A stretch of 64,000 bases of DNA, from NCBI GenBank assembly GCA_947491315.1, contig CANLII010000003.1, forward strand, positions 7,970 to 71,969. The letters run 5' to 3'. Below the pieces are notes generated by a model. That model saw only the letters and a program-made list of their open reading frames with translations, made no database searches and was not told where the DNA came from. This DNA is from Ignavibacteria bacterium (GTDB lineage Bacteria; Bacteroidota; Ignavibacteria; Kapaibacteriales; UBA961). The translations under genes and the position numbers were made by a program. Below, piece after piece: positions 10,202-19,955 of this stretch (positions within the stretch are counted from its first letter, which is position 1; each line of letters starts with the position of its first letter).

Positions 10202-12299
10202 GGAGAATCTCCGAAATATCCTTCACTTGTACCTGGTCCACACGATCTGCAGCTTTTACGCCATCGGTGATCATTGTGGAACAGAATGGACAATTCACGG
10301 CGATGGTCGAAGCTCCTGTTTCAAGCAATTCATTCGTGCGTGTGATATTCACGCGATCACCAACCATTTCTTCCATGAACATTCTACCACCACCGGCTCC
10401 GCAGCATAAACCACGATCCTTGGATCTGGCAGGTTCGAGAATGGAAAGTCCGGGTATATTCTCCAAAAGCGAGCGAGGTGCTTCATACTCTTCATTATAT
10501 CTACCGAGATAACAAGAATCATGATAAGCAATTGCATTCTTGCTGAGTGATGCTTTGTCTGCATCAATCGAAAGTCTGCCGGATTCAATCAAATCCTTGA
10601 TATACTGCGTATGATGCATCACTTCATAATGACCACCAAATTGAGGATAATCATTTTTGAGAGTATTAAAACAATGAGGACATGTTGTGACAATTGTCTT
10701 AACATTATAAGCATTCATGGTTTCAACATTCATCGTTGTGAGCATCGTCGCCAAATACTCATTTCCTGATCTACGCGCCGGATCTCCCGTGCATCGCTCT
10801 TCTGTTCCAAGTATGCGGAAATTGATATGTGACAATTGCATGAGTTCGGCAAATGCCTTGGTTGTTTTCTTGGCTCGATCATCAAAACTACCTGCGCAAC
10901 CAACCCAGAACAATACATCCATTTCAGGATCTTCGGCAACAGTTTTGATATCCATTCCCTCTGCCCATAATGCTCTGTCTTGCTCGCTGAATCCACCCCA
11001 TGGAACGGAGTTGGTTTCCATGTTTCCATAGATATCCGGTAGCAATGCGCTTTCCTCATTGAATGAAGATTCCATCATCACCATTGAACGACGCATGCCA
11101 ACAATTGCAGGAACATGTTCGATATTGACCGGACATTCTTCCATACATGCACCGCATGTGGTGCATGCCCAAAGCGCATCGGGACTGACATAATCTCCGA
11201 TGAGTTTTTTATTCCACGTGGATTGCTCTTCATCATTCAATAAAATTGTGAAAAGCTCACTTTCTTTTGTGTCGAATTCGCCGGAATGTTTACCGGAGAG
11301 AATTCCATCCGCCGCACTTCTGATTTCTTCTCGAGATGCATTCTTACGATAATTCGTGATTTTGTCAATCAATGGAGCCTTGTCAATTACGCGATCATGT
11401 ATGCCGATGATGACCATTCGTGGGTCCAAGACCTTGCCTGTTTGATTGGCCGGACAAACGCTTGTGCAGCGCCCGCAATGCGTACATGTATAACTATCGA
11501 GAAATGTTTTCCAAGTAAAATCTTCAATATCACTCACGCCATATCTAACGAGTGATTCATTTTCAAAATCGATCTTTTCCAATTGATTCACAGGACCAAG
11601 ATTGCTGAAAAACACATTCGGAATTGAAGTGAGTACATGCAAATGCTTGCTGAATGGAAGATAATTCGTGAATGAGAAAATCAGTAGCATGTGAAGCCAC
11701 CAGAAAATCTCAAAACTCATATGACCAAGCGGCAAGATTGTTGCGAGTGAACTTGCCACGGGACGCACTGCCCAGGAAAAGTCTTCACCCATTCCAACTC
11801 GGGCTGTGTTTTGCAAAAGAAGGGAAGTGACAATTGAGAATATCGTAAGTAGAATTATACCTGCTTCAACTTTTTCATGCTCAACTTGCAATCGCTTCAC
11901 TTTGGTCACATAGCGTCTCCAAAGTGAAAGTGCTGTTCCAAGAATGATCATTAAACAGAAGATATCTGTGAGAATTGTGATTCCTGAATAGACCGGACCT
12001 AAAAAGTTAAATGACCATGCAGGATTGAGTCCTTCAATAACACCTTCAGCCGCCGAAAAAAGAAGTATCAAAAATCCCCAAAAAATCCCAGCATGTATTG
12101 GACCCGCCACTTTATCACGAAGAATCTTTGTTTGAGCAAAACCCACAAGCAATGTTTGCTGTATTCTTGCAAAAAGGTGATCAATTCTGTTTTCAGACTT
12201 TCCAAAAGATAAATAGCGTATCAATCGACCAGCATTATTTATGAAAACGCCAATGGCAATAGTCAATACGAAGAGAAAGAAAGTACTTTTAGTTTCCAT
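10179..12299 (-). CDS. Membrane-bound Fe-S oxidoreductase (FadF/HdrD-like, CCG domains)
   Basis: N-terminal TM domain, two CxxCxxCxxxCP motifs, WVGCAGSFD, CPHC, YHDSCYLGR, CCGAGGG, CPFC. Confidence 0.9.
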   Translation of the reverse strand: METKSTFFLFVLTIAIGVFINNAGRLIRYLSFGKSENRIDHLFARIQQTLLVGFAQTKILRDKVAGPIHAGIFWGFLILLFSAAEGVIEGLNPAWSFNFLGPVYSGITILTDIFCLMIILGTALSLWRRYVTKVKRLQVEHEKVEAGIILLTIFSIVTSLLLQNTARVGMGEDFSWAVRPVASSLATILPLGHMSFEIFWWLHMLLIFSFTNYLPFSKHLHVLTSIPNVFFSNLGPVNQLEKIDFENESLVRYGVSDIEDFTWKTFLDSYTCTHCGRCTSVCPANQTGKVLDPRMVIIGIHDRVIDKAPLIDKITNYRKNASREEIRSAADGILSGKHSGEFDTKESELFTILLNDEEQSTWNKKLIGDYVSPDALWACTTCGACMEECPVNIEHVPAIVGMRRSMVMMESSFNEESALLPDIYGNMETNSVPWGGFSEQDRALWAEGMDIKTVAEDPEMDVLFWVGCAGSFDDRAKKTTKAFAELMQLSHINFRILGTEERCTGDPARRSGNEYLATMLTTMNVETMNAYNVKTIVTTCPHCFNTLKNDYPQFGGHYEVMHHTQYIKDLIESGRLSIDADKASLSKNAIAYHDSCYLGRYNEEYEAPRSLLENIPGLSILEPARSKDRGLCCGAGGGRMFMEEMVGDRVNITRTNELLETGASTIAVNCPFCSTMITDGVKAADRVDQVQVKDISEILLESVKRH

Positions 12300-12346
12300 G
12301 AAAAGACAAGGATATGTGTGTATTCTGTATGCTGTATAAAGTCATG

Positions 12347-12354
12347 CAAATATA
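12347..12354 (-). promoter_or_regulatory. Putative -7 element (TATATTTG)
   Basis: TAnnTTTG match upstream of the Fe-S oxidoreductase. Confidence 0.5.
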
Positions 12355-12413
12355 CCAAGTATGAGAATGTGTAAATAGTCCTGATTCTTGGTTTTGCCGT
12401 CAATCAACATTGA

Positions 12414-12929
12414 CTAAAACGAATATGAAACGTGAATTCTACCCGATTGATTGATGAGATCGGGAAGTATATTGAAGCTGAGATTATCGCTAACATCAAA
12501 CTCCAACATGTGAGCTCCTACATATGCATCGATTGCGGCAATTCCATATATACCCAATAGCCAAAGACCATTGATGTCACGAGTATTATTATAGAACTCC
12601 TTCTCGCGTATCGCAAGTTGCACTCTTGGGTCAGTACGCGTAAAACCCTGTGAAATCAAATCGTCATAAAGTTTCGATTTCTCAGTGAATATGCCATGAT
12701 AAGATGAGATTTGATATGCAAAAAAGAGAGCTGCGCCAGCTGCAATGGGTGCTTTCCAATAGGACCCAACATAGACTTGTCCAAGGCCCGGGAAGAGAAC
12801 AGTATACGCAATGGCCATAGCCGGGGATTTTTGAGGGATATTGGGTTGATTCGTTTGCAGGGAATCTTGCGCATTACCAATTCCAGAGCAACATGCCAAG
12901 AAGATAATATGAATGATCAGAGTTCTCAT
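12414..12929 (-). CDS. DUF5683-like protein
   Basis: Signal peptide, KSP..A...LFPGLGQVY..YWKAPI, IDAYVGAHM..FDVSD. Confidence 0.75.
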   Translation of the reverse strand: MRTLIIHIIFLACCSGIGNAQDSLQTNQPNIPQKSPAMAIAYTVLFPGLGQVYVGSYWKAPIAAGAALFFAYQISSYHGIFTEKSKLYDDLISQGFTRTDPRVQLAIREKEFYNNTRDINGLWLLGIYGIAAIDAYVGAHMLEFDVSDNLSFNILPDLINQSGRIHVSYSF

Positions 12930-13279
12930 GATCGGTCTTCGGTATCATTCCATTGTTGATCGGATTCAATCTTCTGATGAACCGCCACAGAACCTTCAGC
13001 AGGCTTGATGGTGATGGTCTCAGTGATGTCTGCAGTTACTTCTACCCTGCTTTCTGAACCATGATCAGTGGTTTTTGTGATTGTGGCATTCAAGCTGGTC
13101 TGCTTCTCTACTTCAGTAGAGATGTCGCGGATTTGTGTTTTGATGTCTTCCTGCGCCTGACGAAAATACCGTATCCCTTTCCCGATCGCTTGCATGATTT
13201 CGGGAATCTTTTTAGGACCAAACAACATTAATATTGCAAGGCCGATGAGCAGGAATTCAGCACCACCGATATCAAACAT
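12926..13279 (-). CDS. tatB: Twin-arginine translocase TatB-like subunit
   Basis: MFDIGGAEFLLI...FGPKKIPE...GKGIRYFR. Confidence 0.8.
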   Translation of the reverse strand: MFDIGGAEFLLIGLAILMLFGPKKIPEIMQAIGKGIRYFRQAQEDIKTQIRDISTEVEKQTSLNATITKTTDHGSESRVEVTADITETITIKPAEGSVAVHQKIESDQQWNDTEDRS

Positions 13280-13310
13280 AGAACTTCATGATAATAGGAA
13301 TATCTAAGAA

Positions 13311-13493
13311 TCATTCGCCTTTAGGGGCATCATCCTTTGACTCTTTGTCTTCATTCGGATTAGCAGCATTCTTGAATTCACGAATTCCGCTACCAAGACC
13401 ACGCATCAATTCAGGAATCTTCTTTGCACCAAAAAATATGATGATGAAAAGCAAAATAATGAGCCATTCGGAACCGCCAGGAAGAAAACCCAT
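13311..13493 (-). CDS. tatA: Twin-arginine translocase TatA
   Basis: GGSEWLII...FGAKKIPELMRGLGSGIREFK. Confidence 0.92.
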   Translation of the reverse strand: MGFLPGGSEWLIILLFIIIFFGAKKIPELMRGLGSGIREFKNAANPNEDKESKDDAPKGE

Positions 13494-13519
13494 AATAACC
13501 TCTCGAAAATATGCTTAGA

Positions 13520-14218
13520 TCAGACTATTCCAACCGTTTGCATGAGTGAAGTAAACACGCCAAGACCATCGATATTTCCTAACAATGGATCACAACAGCG
13601 TTCGGGATGAGGCATCATCCCAAGAACATTACCTGTATCATTCAATATGCCGGCAATATTATTAATTGAGCCATTCGGATTGGATTCTGCACTCGTAATG
13701 CCATTTGCATCACAATAACGGAATGCAATTCTCTGCTCCTGTTCAAGAATATGAATCGTCTCTTCATCCGCAAAGTAATTGCCTTCACCATGAGCAATCG
13801 GAACACGCAAAATTTGGCCCTGCTCCAATGCATTCGTGAATGGTGAAAGAATCTGCTCTGTACGAAGATAAATGTCTTTACAAATGAAAGACATAGATGT
13901 ATTTCTCAGCAAAACACCGGGCAATAAACCCGATTCAGTGAGAATCTGAAATCCATTGCAAATGCCAAGTACGAATTTGCCTTTTTTTGCATGATCACGA
14001 ACGGCCGACATGATCGGCGAAACCTGAGCAATCGCACCGCAGCGAAGATAATCTCCATAAGAGAACCCGCCAGGAAGAATGACGCAGTCAATGTCTGTAG
14101 GGATGCTTGTTTCCTTATGCCAAAGCATTTGTGCTTCCGCACCCGCATTGTGTGAAGTGGCATACCATGCATCATGATCACAATTGGAACCCGGAAATAC
14201 AACTATCCCGCATTTCAT
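13520..14218 (-). CDS. purQ: FGAM synthase glutaminase subunit
   Basis: VFPGSNCD, PGGFSYGDYLR, GICNGFQIL, PIAHGEG, NPNGS, GMMPHPER. Confidence 0.97.
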   Translation of the reverse strand: MKCGIVVFPGSNCDHDAWYATSHNAGAEAQMLWHKETSIPTDIDCVILPGGFSYGDYLRCGAIAQVSPIMSAVRDHAKKGKFVLGICNGFQILTESGLLPGVLLRNTSMSFICKDIYLRTEQILSPFTNALEQGQILRVPIAHGEGNYFADEETIHILEQEQRIAFRYCDANGITSAESNPNGSINNIAGILNDTGNVLGMMPHPERCCDPLLGNIDGLGVFTSLMQTVGIV

Positions 14219-14487
14219 GCTATTTCTCCAACTGAAACTTCCTGCAATTCAATATGATGATCTTCCATGATAGGATTTGCGATGATGGTTTTACATGCAT
14301 CGTCAACAATACTCATCGCTTGCTCGGCAGTATCCGCATGAACAAACAATTCTACATATTTTCCGATGCGAACATGCTCTATGGATGTGAAATTCGTGGA
14401 ATGCAATGCATGCTCCACTGTCTTGCCTTGCACATCCAAAATGCTCTTGCGCAATGTTACCGTGATCATTGCCTTGAAATGCTTCAT
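14215..14487 (-). CDS. purS: FGAM synthase subunit PurS
   Basis: ILDVQG, VRIGK, IANPIMED; adjacent to purQ. Confidence 0.95.
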   Translation of the reverse strand: MKHFKAMITVTLRKSILDVQGKTVEHALHSTNFTSIEHVRIGKYVELFVHADTAEQAMSIVDDACKTIIANPIMEDHHIELQEVSVGEIA

Positions 14488-14522
14488 TAAGAAAATCCGA
14501 TGTAATGGTCGATTATTGTGGT

Positions 14523-14530
14523 CAAAAATA
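14523..14530 (-). promoter_or_regulatory. Putative -7 element (TATTTTTG) for purSQ-tatAB
   Basis: TAnnTTTG match 36 nt upstream of purS. Confidence 0.5.
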
Positions 14531-14538
14531 CGAAATAC

Positions 14539-15321
14539 TCACTTAATCGGGGCAATAGGTGAGGGGAAGTCTGTGCCTTTCAGGAGTTCTTTGTGTAAAA
14601 TGACACCAAATACCGAAATCATGCCCAATGTCAAGATGCTTATGAGTGAATTGAGCATAAGAATAATTCTCGGCATGAATGCATCAAGAAATGGAATTGG
14701 TAATTCGGATAGAAATCCCAAAGCGGTGGATGGTATCGATGTTATGATCAAAATCAGCAAGATGAATGCTATGGGTTTAAGTGCATGATTTCTTATGAGC
14801 TTTACGGATAATTTCAAACCGGAAAAGATTGAAATTTCAGGATCTTGAATGAGTGGAAAGAAGAGCATTCCGGCGGACATGATATAGATTCCCGGAAGAA
14901 TGCAAAAAAAGAGCCCAAGCACAATGGCAAAACATAATAGGAAGAATGCTCCAATGGTCTTTGGTATTGTCTCCAACATGGCTTGTGAGATACTCTCCTG
15001 AGATGGAGCATCCATGCTCTCAATGCTATATTGTGTATATACAGTGGCAGTCTGAATAGTTAGAATCAAACTTAAAAGACTGAATATGAGTATTCCGGCA
15101 AATTGGAAAATATGTCCATCGAGGGAAAAACCTGCTTCAACAAAGATCGTGGATTCATTCAGTGGCTTTGCCGGAATTGTCAGTAAATATGAGGCAAAAA
15201 GGGCGGGAAGTCCGGCGAATTTCAGGACCTGTTTTGATAGTTCTATGCCATGCAGAGAAATAAATCGCAAAAATTGCGCGAAGAGATCTGGAAATCGAAT
15301 GGATAGTTGAAGTGAATTCAT
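14539..15321 (-). CDS. Hypothetical multi-pass membrane protein
   Basis: Several hydrophobic helices, GLFFCILPGIY motif of generic membrane domains; start moved to ATG 15321. Confidence 0.65.
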   Translation of the reverse strand: MNSLQLSIRFPDLFAQFLRFISLHGIELSKQVLKFAGLPALFASYLLTIPAKPLNESTIFVEAGFSLDGHIFQFAGILIFSLLSLILTIQTATVYTQYSIESMDAPSQESISQAMLETIPKTIGAFFLLCFAIVLGLFFCILPGIYIMSAGMLFFPLIQDPEISIFSGLKLSVKLIRNHALKPIAFILLILIITSIPSTALGFLSELPIPFLDAFMPRIILMLNSLISILTLGMISVFGVILHKELLKGTDFPSPIAPIK

Positions 15322-15405
15322 GCTGAAACCCAAGTATTTCTCAAACTTAGGAAAATGATCGTGAAGTGAATTGATGTGAATGCAATGTCTTTCGTAATTT
15401 TGAAC

Positions 15406-16638
15406 ATGATTCAAAAAGCAGTAGAACTCGTTACATCACTATTCGTCCAATCCGATGACCATCGCTTTGTGATGACCCTCTCAAGTCCTCACTCAAGAGA
15501 GGAATATGTGTTTCCCGGAAAAGATATTTCGTATAAGGATTGCAAGAAATGCATTGTTCAGAATCTGAATGGTGAATTGCACATGGTCTATCTTGACATC
15601 ATCACTGCAACAAAATCCTTTACGCATGCTCTGAATGTCTCATCAATTGCAGACGTGATAATTGTGATTGAGCAATTGTTGCGATTGCCATTCAGACAAT
15701 GGCATATACAAACTCCGAGAAAAGACCTCTATTTGAAATTTCCCAAACCCGGAAAAACGGGGAATAATCTATTGCATCATTTTGCGCAATCTTCAAAGTT
15801 GCAATGGCCGGAACGCGAGGAAAAATTAATGCCACTGACTCCATCCAATGCTGGAACTCTACTCCAAGCAATTGGAATTTGTGATGATGTGTTCAATATC
15901 ATTCCCGCAATGCGTGACAAATATGTGCAGATCAATCATTTCATTCGCATCTTTGAACAATATGCCGGTGAGTTGACAAATCAGCCTTTGAAGATCGTTG
16001 ATTGTGGATGCGGTCAGGCTTATGTGAGTTTTGCTCTGCTGTGGTATCTCCGCGAGATACAAAAAATCAAAGCCACGCTCATCGGTATTGAACGTAATTC
16101 TGAATTGATCGCATCATGCCGTGAAACCGCACATGCGCTATTATTTGATGAATCTGCGGAATTCATTCAAAGTTCAATTCAAGATGCACACCCCAAAAGT
16201 ACATCCGATGATAGAATCATCCTCATTGCATTGCATGCATGTGATACAGCAACCGATGAGGCACTTGCATTGGCAGTGAAGGTGAAAGCGGACATCATAC
16301 TTGCCGCTCCATGTTGTCATCACTTTGTCCAAGAACAAATGGATATTCGCCATATTCCCATCGAAGAATCATTTCTTATTCGAGATGGAATCATGAAAGA
16401 AAGACTCGGAGATATGCTGACTGATTCCATGCGGAGAGATATCTTGATATCTCAAGGATATAGCAGTGACTTGATCGAATTTACGCCTCTTGAACATACT
16501 GCAAAGAATGTGATGATTCGTGCGAAGTATATTTCCAATATGCCTTCAAAACATAAAGAGGATGCACAAATGAGATTTGAAGAAGCAAGCAAGCGTTGGC
16601 ATGTTGTTCCCAAATTGCATGAGCTGATCAAAAAGTGA
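15406..16638 (+). CDS. SAM-dependent methyltransferase (Methyltransf_32-like)
   Basis: KYVQINHF, VDCGCGQAYVSF, ALHACDTATDEA, APCCH, EHTAKN. Confidence 0.88.
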   Translation: MIQKAVELVTSLFVQSDDHRFVMTLSSPHSREEYVFPGKDISYKDCKKCIVQNLNGELHMVYLDIITATKSFTHALNVSSIADVIIVIEQLLRLPFRQWHIQTPRKDLYLKFPKPGKTGNNLLHHFAQSSKLQWPEREEKLMPLTPSNAGTLLQAIGICDDVFNIIPAMRDKYVQINHFIRIFEQYAGELTNQPLKIVDCGCGQAYVSFALLWYLREIQKIKATLIGIERNSELIASCRETAHALLFDESAEFIQSSIQDAHPKSTSDDRIILIALHACDTATDEALALAVKVKADIILAAPCCHHFVQEQMDIRHIPIEESFLIRDGIMKERLGDMLTDSMRRDILISQGYSSDLIEFTPLEHTAKNVMIRAKYISNMPSKHKEDAQMRFEEASKRWHVVPKLHELIKK

Positions 16639-18514
16639 TATCTGTTTGCAAGTGAAATTCCGTATCCAGATTCCCATCAATCTTCAACCAACCCGAACCG
16701 AGTGTCTCTTCCCTTGGCTTGAATTTTTGTCTGATCAAAACTGAAATTTTTGCTTTCCCAACAGTATATCCGATTTGTCCGCAAGACATTATACCCAATC
16801 CATATAATGGTTCTATGAGTAATTGACCCGGCAATCCTGTTTCGGGTAGATAAATGGCTGAATCAAAATCATCTGTCTCAGACCATGCCATTCTGATTGA
16901 CCAATTCCATGGACTCGATGTCTGTACCGAATGGAATTCCAGTGCACATCCAATTCCGAAAGATTCAGAATCAGTATTCATGATATGTGATTCCACTCTC
17001 ATCACGCTTCTGACTGCATTTCCTCGATATGCTATTTCTGATCTGATGCGCCAATCAGTTTCAGTCTGTAGATTTACGCTAGTTTTGTCGGATGAACGAA
17101 TTTCATTCATCACTCTACAGAGTATGCTTGTTTTATCTGTCATGTGGATCAATTGACCAATCATTCGAATCCCTTTCTTGAGTGTTTTGGAATTCTTTGG
17201 AATAGAAATCTGGGAATAGATTTCATTGTTGATTGCATACTTGAAAGAACCAATGGTTCCATTCATCAATACATGAATACCTTGATCATTGGAGCAAATC
17301 CCGCTTCTTCCAAATGATTGTCCGATTGGAGACCGAATATTCGGATCAAAATGTCGAATCATGATGGCTTGATCATGATTACCTCCATCATGATGCAGCG
17401 TAAACATCCCGCCATAATTGTATCTTTTGTCGAATAATGCATTTACCGAAATAGTCCACTTCTTATTCAATTCAGACTGCATGTCAAATGAAATCATCCA
17501 TTGCTCTTGCTCACCAATTGAGTATGCAGTGGGTGCTATTGCATGTCCATATTTTTGATAGAGTCCCGACACCGAAAACACATGATTATATGTTTGCATT
17601 GTATTGAACATTGCTAGACGCAATTCTTTAGTGCCTTCTCTTTGATTCAATTCATGCTCTGTTCTTGCATAGGTGCTGCTTGGAAAACTCGTAAGTATAT
17701 CTTCATCATTGATTGTGGCATATCGATTCCTATTTGAAAAACTGAATCCAAATGAATGCTTACTTTTACTATTCTGCGTGAAATATTGTCCACCAATACC
17801 TCTGAAATTCGAAAACTCAAGAAGGGAAGTTGTTGGTCTGATCGAGCTTGACCATCGAAGCGCTCTTTGAGTTGGTTTTGAAATATCCGCAATCGAGATG
17901 CCTGAAGCAAGAAGACCGCCCATCCCATGTTCAATGGAATGATCACCGATTATCAACTTGTAATTCTTGCCTGAGTACTGCAATGATCCATGCAATATGC
18001 CATGTTCATATGCTTCACCACTTTGCTTTCCATATGATAGTGCAAGGGTATATCGAGGATTTCCAATAAAGAGTCTTTGCATGAATGCTTCATTTGAACC
18101 AAGAAAAACGCCTTCGCGCATACCTCGTGTTTCAGGAATTGATTGCGAAATTCTCGATCTATATCTTCCATGAATTTGTGTATGTGGATTACTCATTCTC
18201 GTACACATCAGAAGGATGCGCCGAATGGATGTGTCGATAGTCTTTGGAGATTGATTCAATAAATCTTCAACATTGTCGATGTCGGGAAATTGTTTGATCA
18301 ATCGCTTTATCATACGCATCAGTCCGGGATTCATACCGGGAAGGAAGAGTAATTCATCGGTGATGTTTCGAAGATCTAATGGATGCACGGAATAGTATTC
18401 GAGTGCATCATATTGTTGTTGTGTGGAAGTAAGAGTGGACTCATCCATTCCAATCGCATCATCTTGTGCATGAGCAAAAGATGAAATGAGAATGAGCAGA
18501 ACAATGCTCGCCAT
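16628..18514 (-). CDS. Secreted/outer-membrane protein with N-terminal helix-hairpin-helix-like region (Bacteroidota ComEA-like family)
   Basis: Signal peptide, HPLDL..ITDELLFLPG, KQSGE, IIGDHSIEHGMG, FRGIG, beta-rich body, terminal Phe. Confidence 0.6.
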   Translation of the reverse strand: MASIVLLILISSFAHAQDDAIGMDESTLTSTQQQYDALEYYSVHPLDLRNITDELLFLPGMNPGLMRMIKRLIKQFPDIDNVEDLLNQSPKTIDTSIRRILLMCTRMSNPHTQIHGRYRSRISQSIPETRGMREGVFLGSNEAFMQRLFIGNPRYTLALSYGKQSGEAYEHGILHGSLQYSGKNYKLIIGDHSIEHGMGGLLASGISIADISKPTQRALRWSSSIRPTTSLLEFSNFRGIGGQYFTQNSKSKHSFGFSFSNRNRYATINDEDILTSFPSSTYARTEHELNQREGTKELRLAMFNTMQTYNHVFSVSGLYQKYGHAIAPTAYSIGEQEQWMISFDMQSELNKKWTISVNALFDKRYNYGGMFTLHHDGGNHDQAIMIRHFDPNIRSPIGQSFGRSGICSNDQGIHVLMNGTIGSFKYAINNEIYSQISIPKNSKTLKKGIRMIGQLIHMTDKTSILCRVMNEIRSSDKTSVNLQTETDWRIRSEIAYRGNAVRSVMRVESHIMNTDSESFGIGCALEFHSVQTSSPWNWSIRMAWSETDDFDSAIYLPETGLPGQLLIEPLYGLGIMSCGQIGYTVGKAKISVLIRQKFKPREETLGSGWLKIDGNLDTEFHLQTDITF

Positions 18515-18532
18515 GATGCCCCCTGAATCACA

Positions 18533-19918
18533 TCAGATATGCACGGCGATCCATTTTTTTGAACGATACTGTTGAAATCCGATCACCGTGAGCGCAATAT
18601 AGCTCAATACAACTCCGATCCAAATGCCGGATTCACGAAGCGGTGTATAACGGGAGAGAATGAAGGCTAATGGGATTTGAATCACGACCAAAGCCGTGAA
18701 TACAATCATCATGCTTCGAGCTGCTGCACCTGCTCCACTGATGACGCGCAGAGTTATCGAGCCGATTGCAAAGAAAATATATCCGAAACATGCGATATGG
18801 AGATATTCAACTGTTTCACGAATGATATTCGGATCATCGGTATAGATTCGAGCGAAGTATTCGCCAAAGAGATAGGTGAGGATTGCAAGAAATCCCAAGA
18901 GCCATATCAATTGCTTTACTGCAGACCCATAAAACATGCCGATGCGATCAATTTGCTTTGCTCCAAGATTCTGACTTGTTGCAGTTTCAAGTGCAATGCC
19001 CATGGCAAACACAGACATGAAAGCAAAGAGATCAACCTTCAATCCCAATGTATAAGCCGCAAGCGTGACTTTCGGATCGAAATAGGAAGCGAATGTGAAG
19101 AGAGCCAATCGACTGATGCTGACAGAGAACATTTGAAGTGATGACCAAATGCCTTGTTTGACAATTCTGCCAAGCAGGGGAAAATCAAAACTGAAGTCTT
19201 TGAAAGATAATGTCAAGCCTGCCTTACCCGTAATGATCATCGATAATGAAATGATGGCCCCAATTATTTGCGATGCCGCAGTTGCAATTCCAGCGCCAAG
19301 CATTCCATATCCCGGGATAAATTCCCAACCAAAAATCAGTATAGGTGCAAGGATGGCATTGATGATTGTGGTGAGCAGAAGTATCGACATAGGATAAACA
19401 GAATTACCCGATGAGCGAATGATTGCATTAATTTGAAATGTCACGAAATTACCAGGCACGCCGAATAACAATGCATAGAGATATACTTCAGTGAATGCAT
19501 ACACTTCGGGATCTCTATCCAATCCGAGTGCATGCAATGTTGTAGGGAGAAGCATGCCAAGTATGACTGCAAGTACCGTTGAGAATACAAGCATTGTCAT
19601 GATGCCTTGAGTGGCAGTATAGGATGCTTGTTCTCGATTTCCTTCACCAATTCTGCGCGCCACGACAATTCCGGTTCCAATGGCAAAGCCACTTCCAAAA
19701 TTAAAAATCATGAAGCTTAATTGCTCGCTCACACCGATTGCAGCAATGGCTGCAGATCCAAGTTTACTTACAAAAAAAGTATCTATCCATGAATACAGCA
19801 TATTCACGATAAAACTGAAAGCAAGCGGCAAAGCAAAAATGCGAAGCGTGGAATCGATTGGACCATTCAATAGATCCACACCCATTCTATGTTGTTTTTG
19901 TGGTGAAGGTTGACTCAT
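18533..19918 (-). CDS. MATE family efflux transporter
   Basis: LLNGPI, IDTFFVSKLG, RSSGNS..PM, SQNLGAK; ~12 TM helices; start moved to ATG 19918. Confidence 0.93.
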   Translation of the reverse strand: MSQPSPQKQHRMGVDLLNGPIDSTLRIFALPLAFSFIVNMLYSWIDTFFVSKLGSAAIAAIGVSEQLSFMIFNFGSGFAIGTGIVVARRIGEGNREQASYTATQGIMTMLVFSTVLAVILGMLLPTTLHALGLDRDPEVYAFTEVYLYALLFGVPGNFVTFQINAIIRSSGNSVYPMSILLLTTIINAILAPILIFGWEFIPGYGMLGAGIATAASQIIGAIISLSMIITGKAGLTLSFKDFSFDFPLLGRIVKQGIWSSLQMFSVSISRLALFTFASYFDPKVTLAAYTLGLKVDLFAFMSVFAMGIALETATSQNLGAKQIDRIGMFYGSAVKQLIWLLGFLAILTYLFGEYFARIYTDDPNIIRETVEYLHIACFGYIFFAIGSITLRVISGAGAAARSMMIVFTALVVIQIPLAFILSRYTPLRESGIWIGVVLSYIALTVIGFQQYRSKKWIAVHI

Positions 19919-19922
19919 TAGT

Positions 19923-19949
19923 AAAAAACCCATCAATCACTTGATGGGT
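19923..19949 (-). terminator. Intrinsic terminator after the tatD-barrel ORF
   Basis: ACCCATCAA/TTGATGGGT hairpin followed by a T-run on the minus strand. Confidence 0.75.
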
Positions 19950-19955
19950 CAAAGA

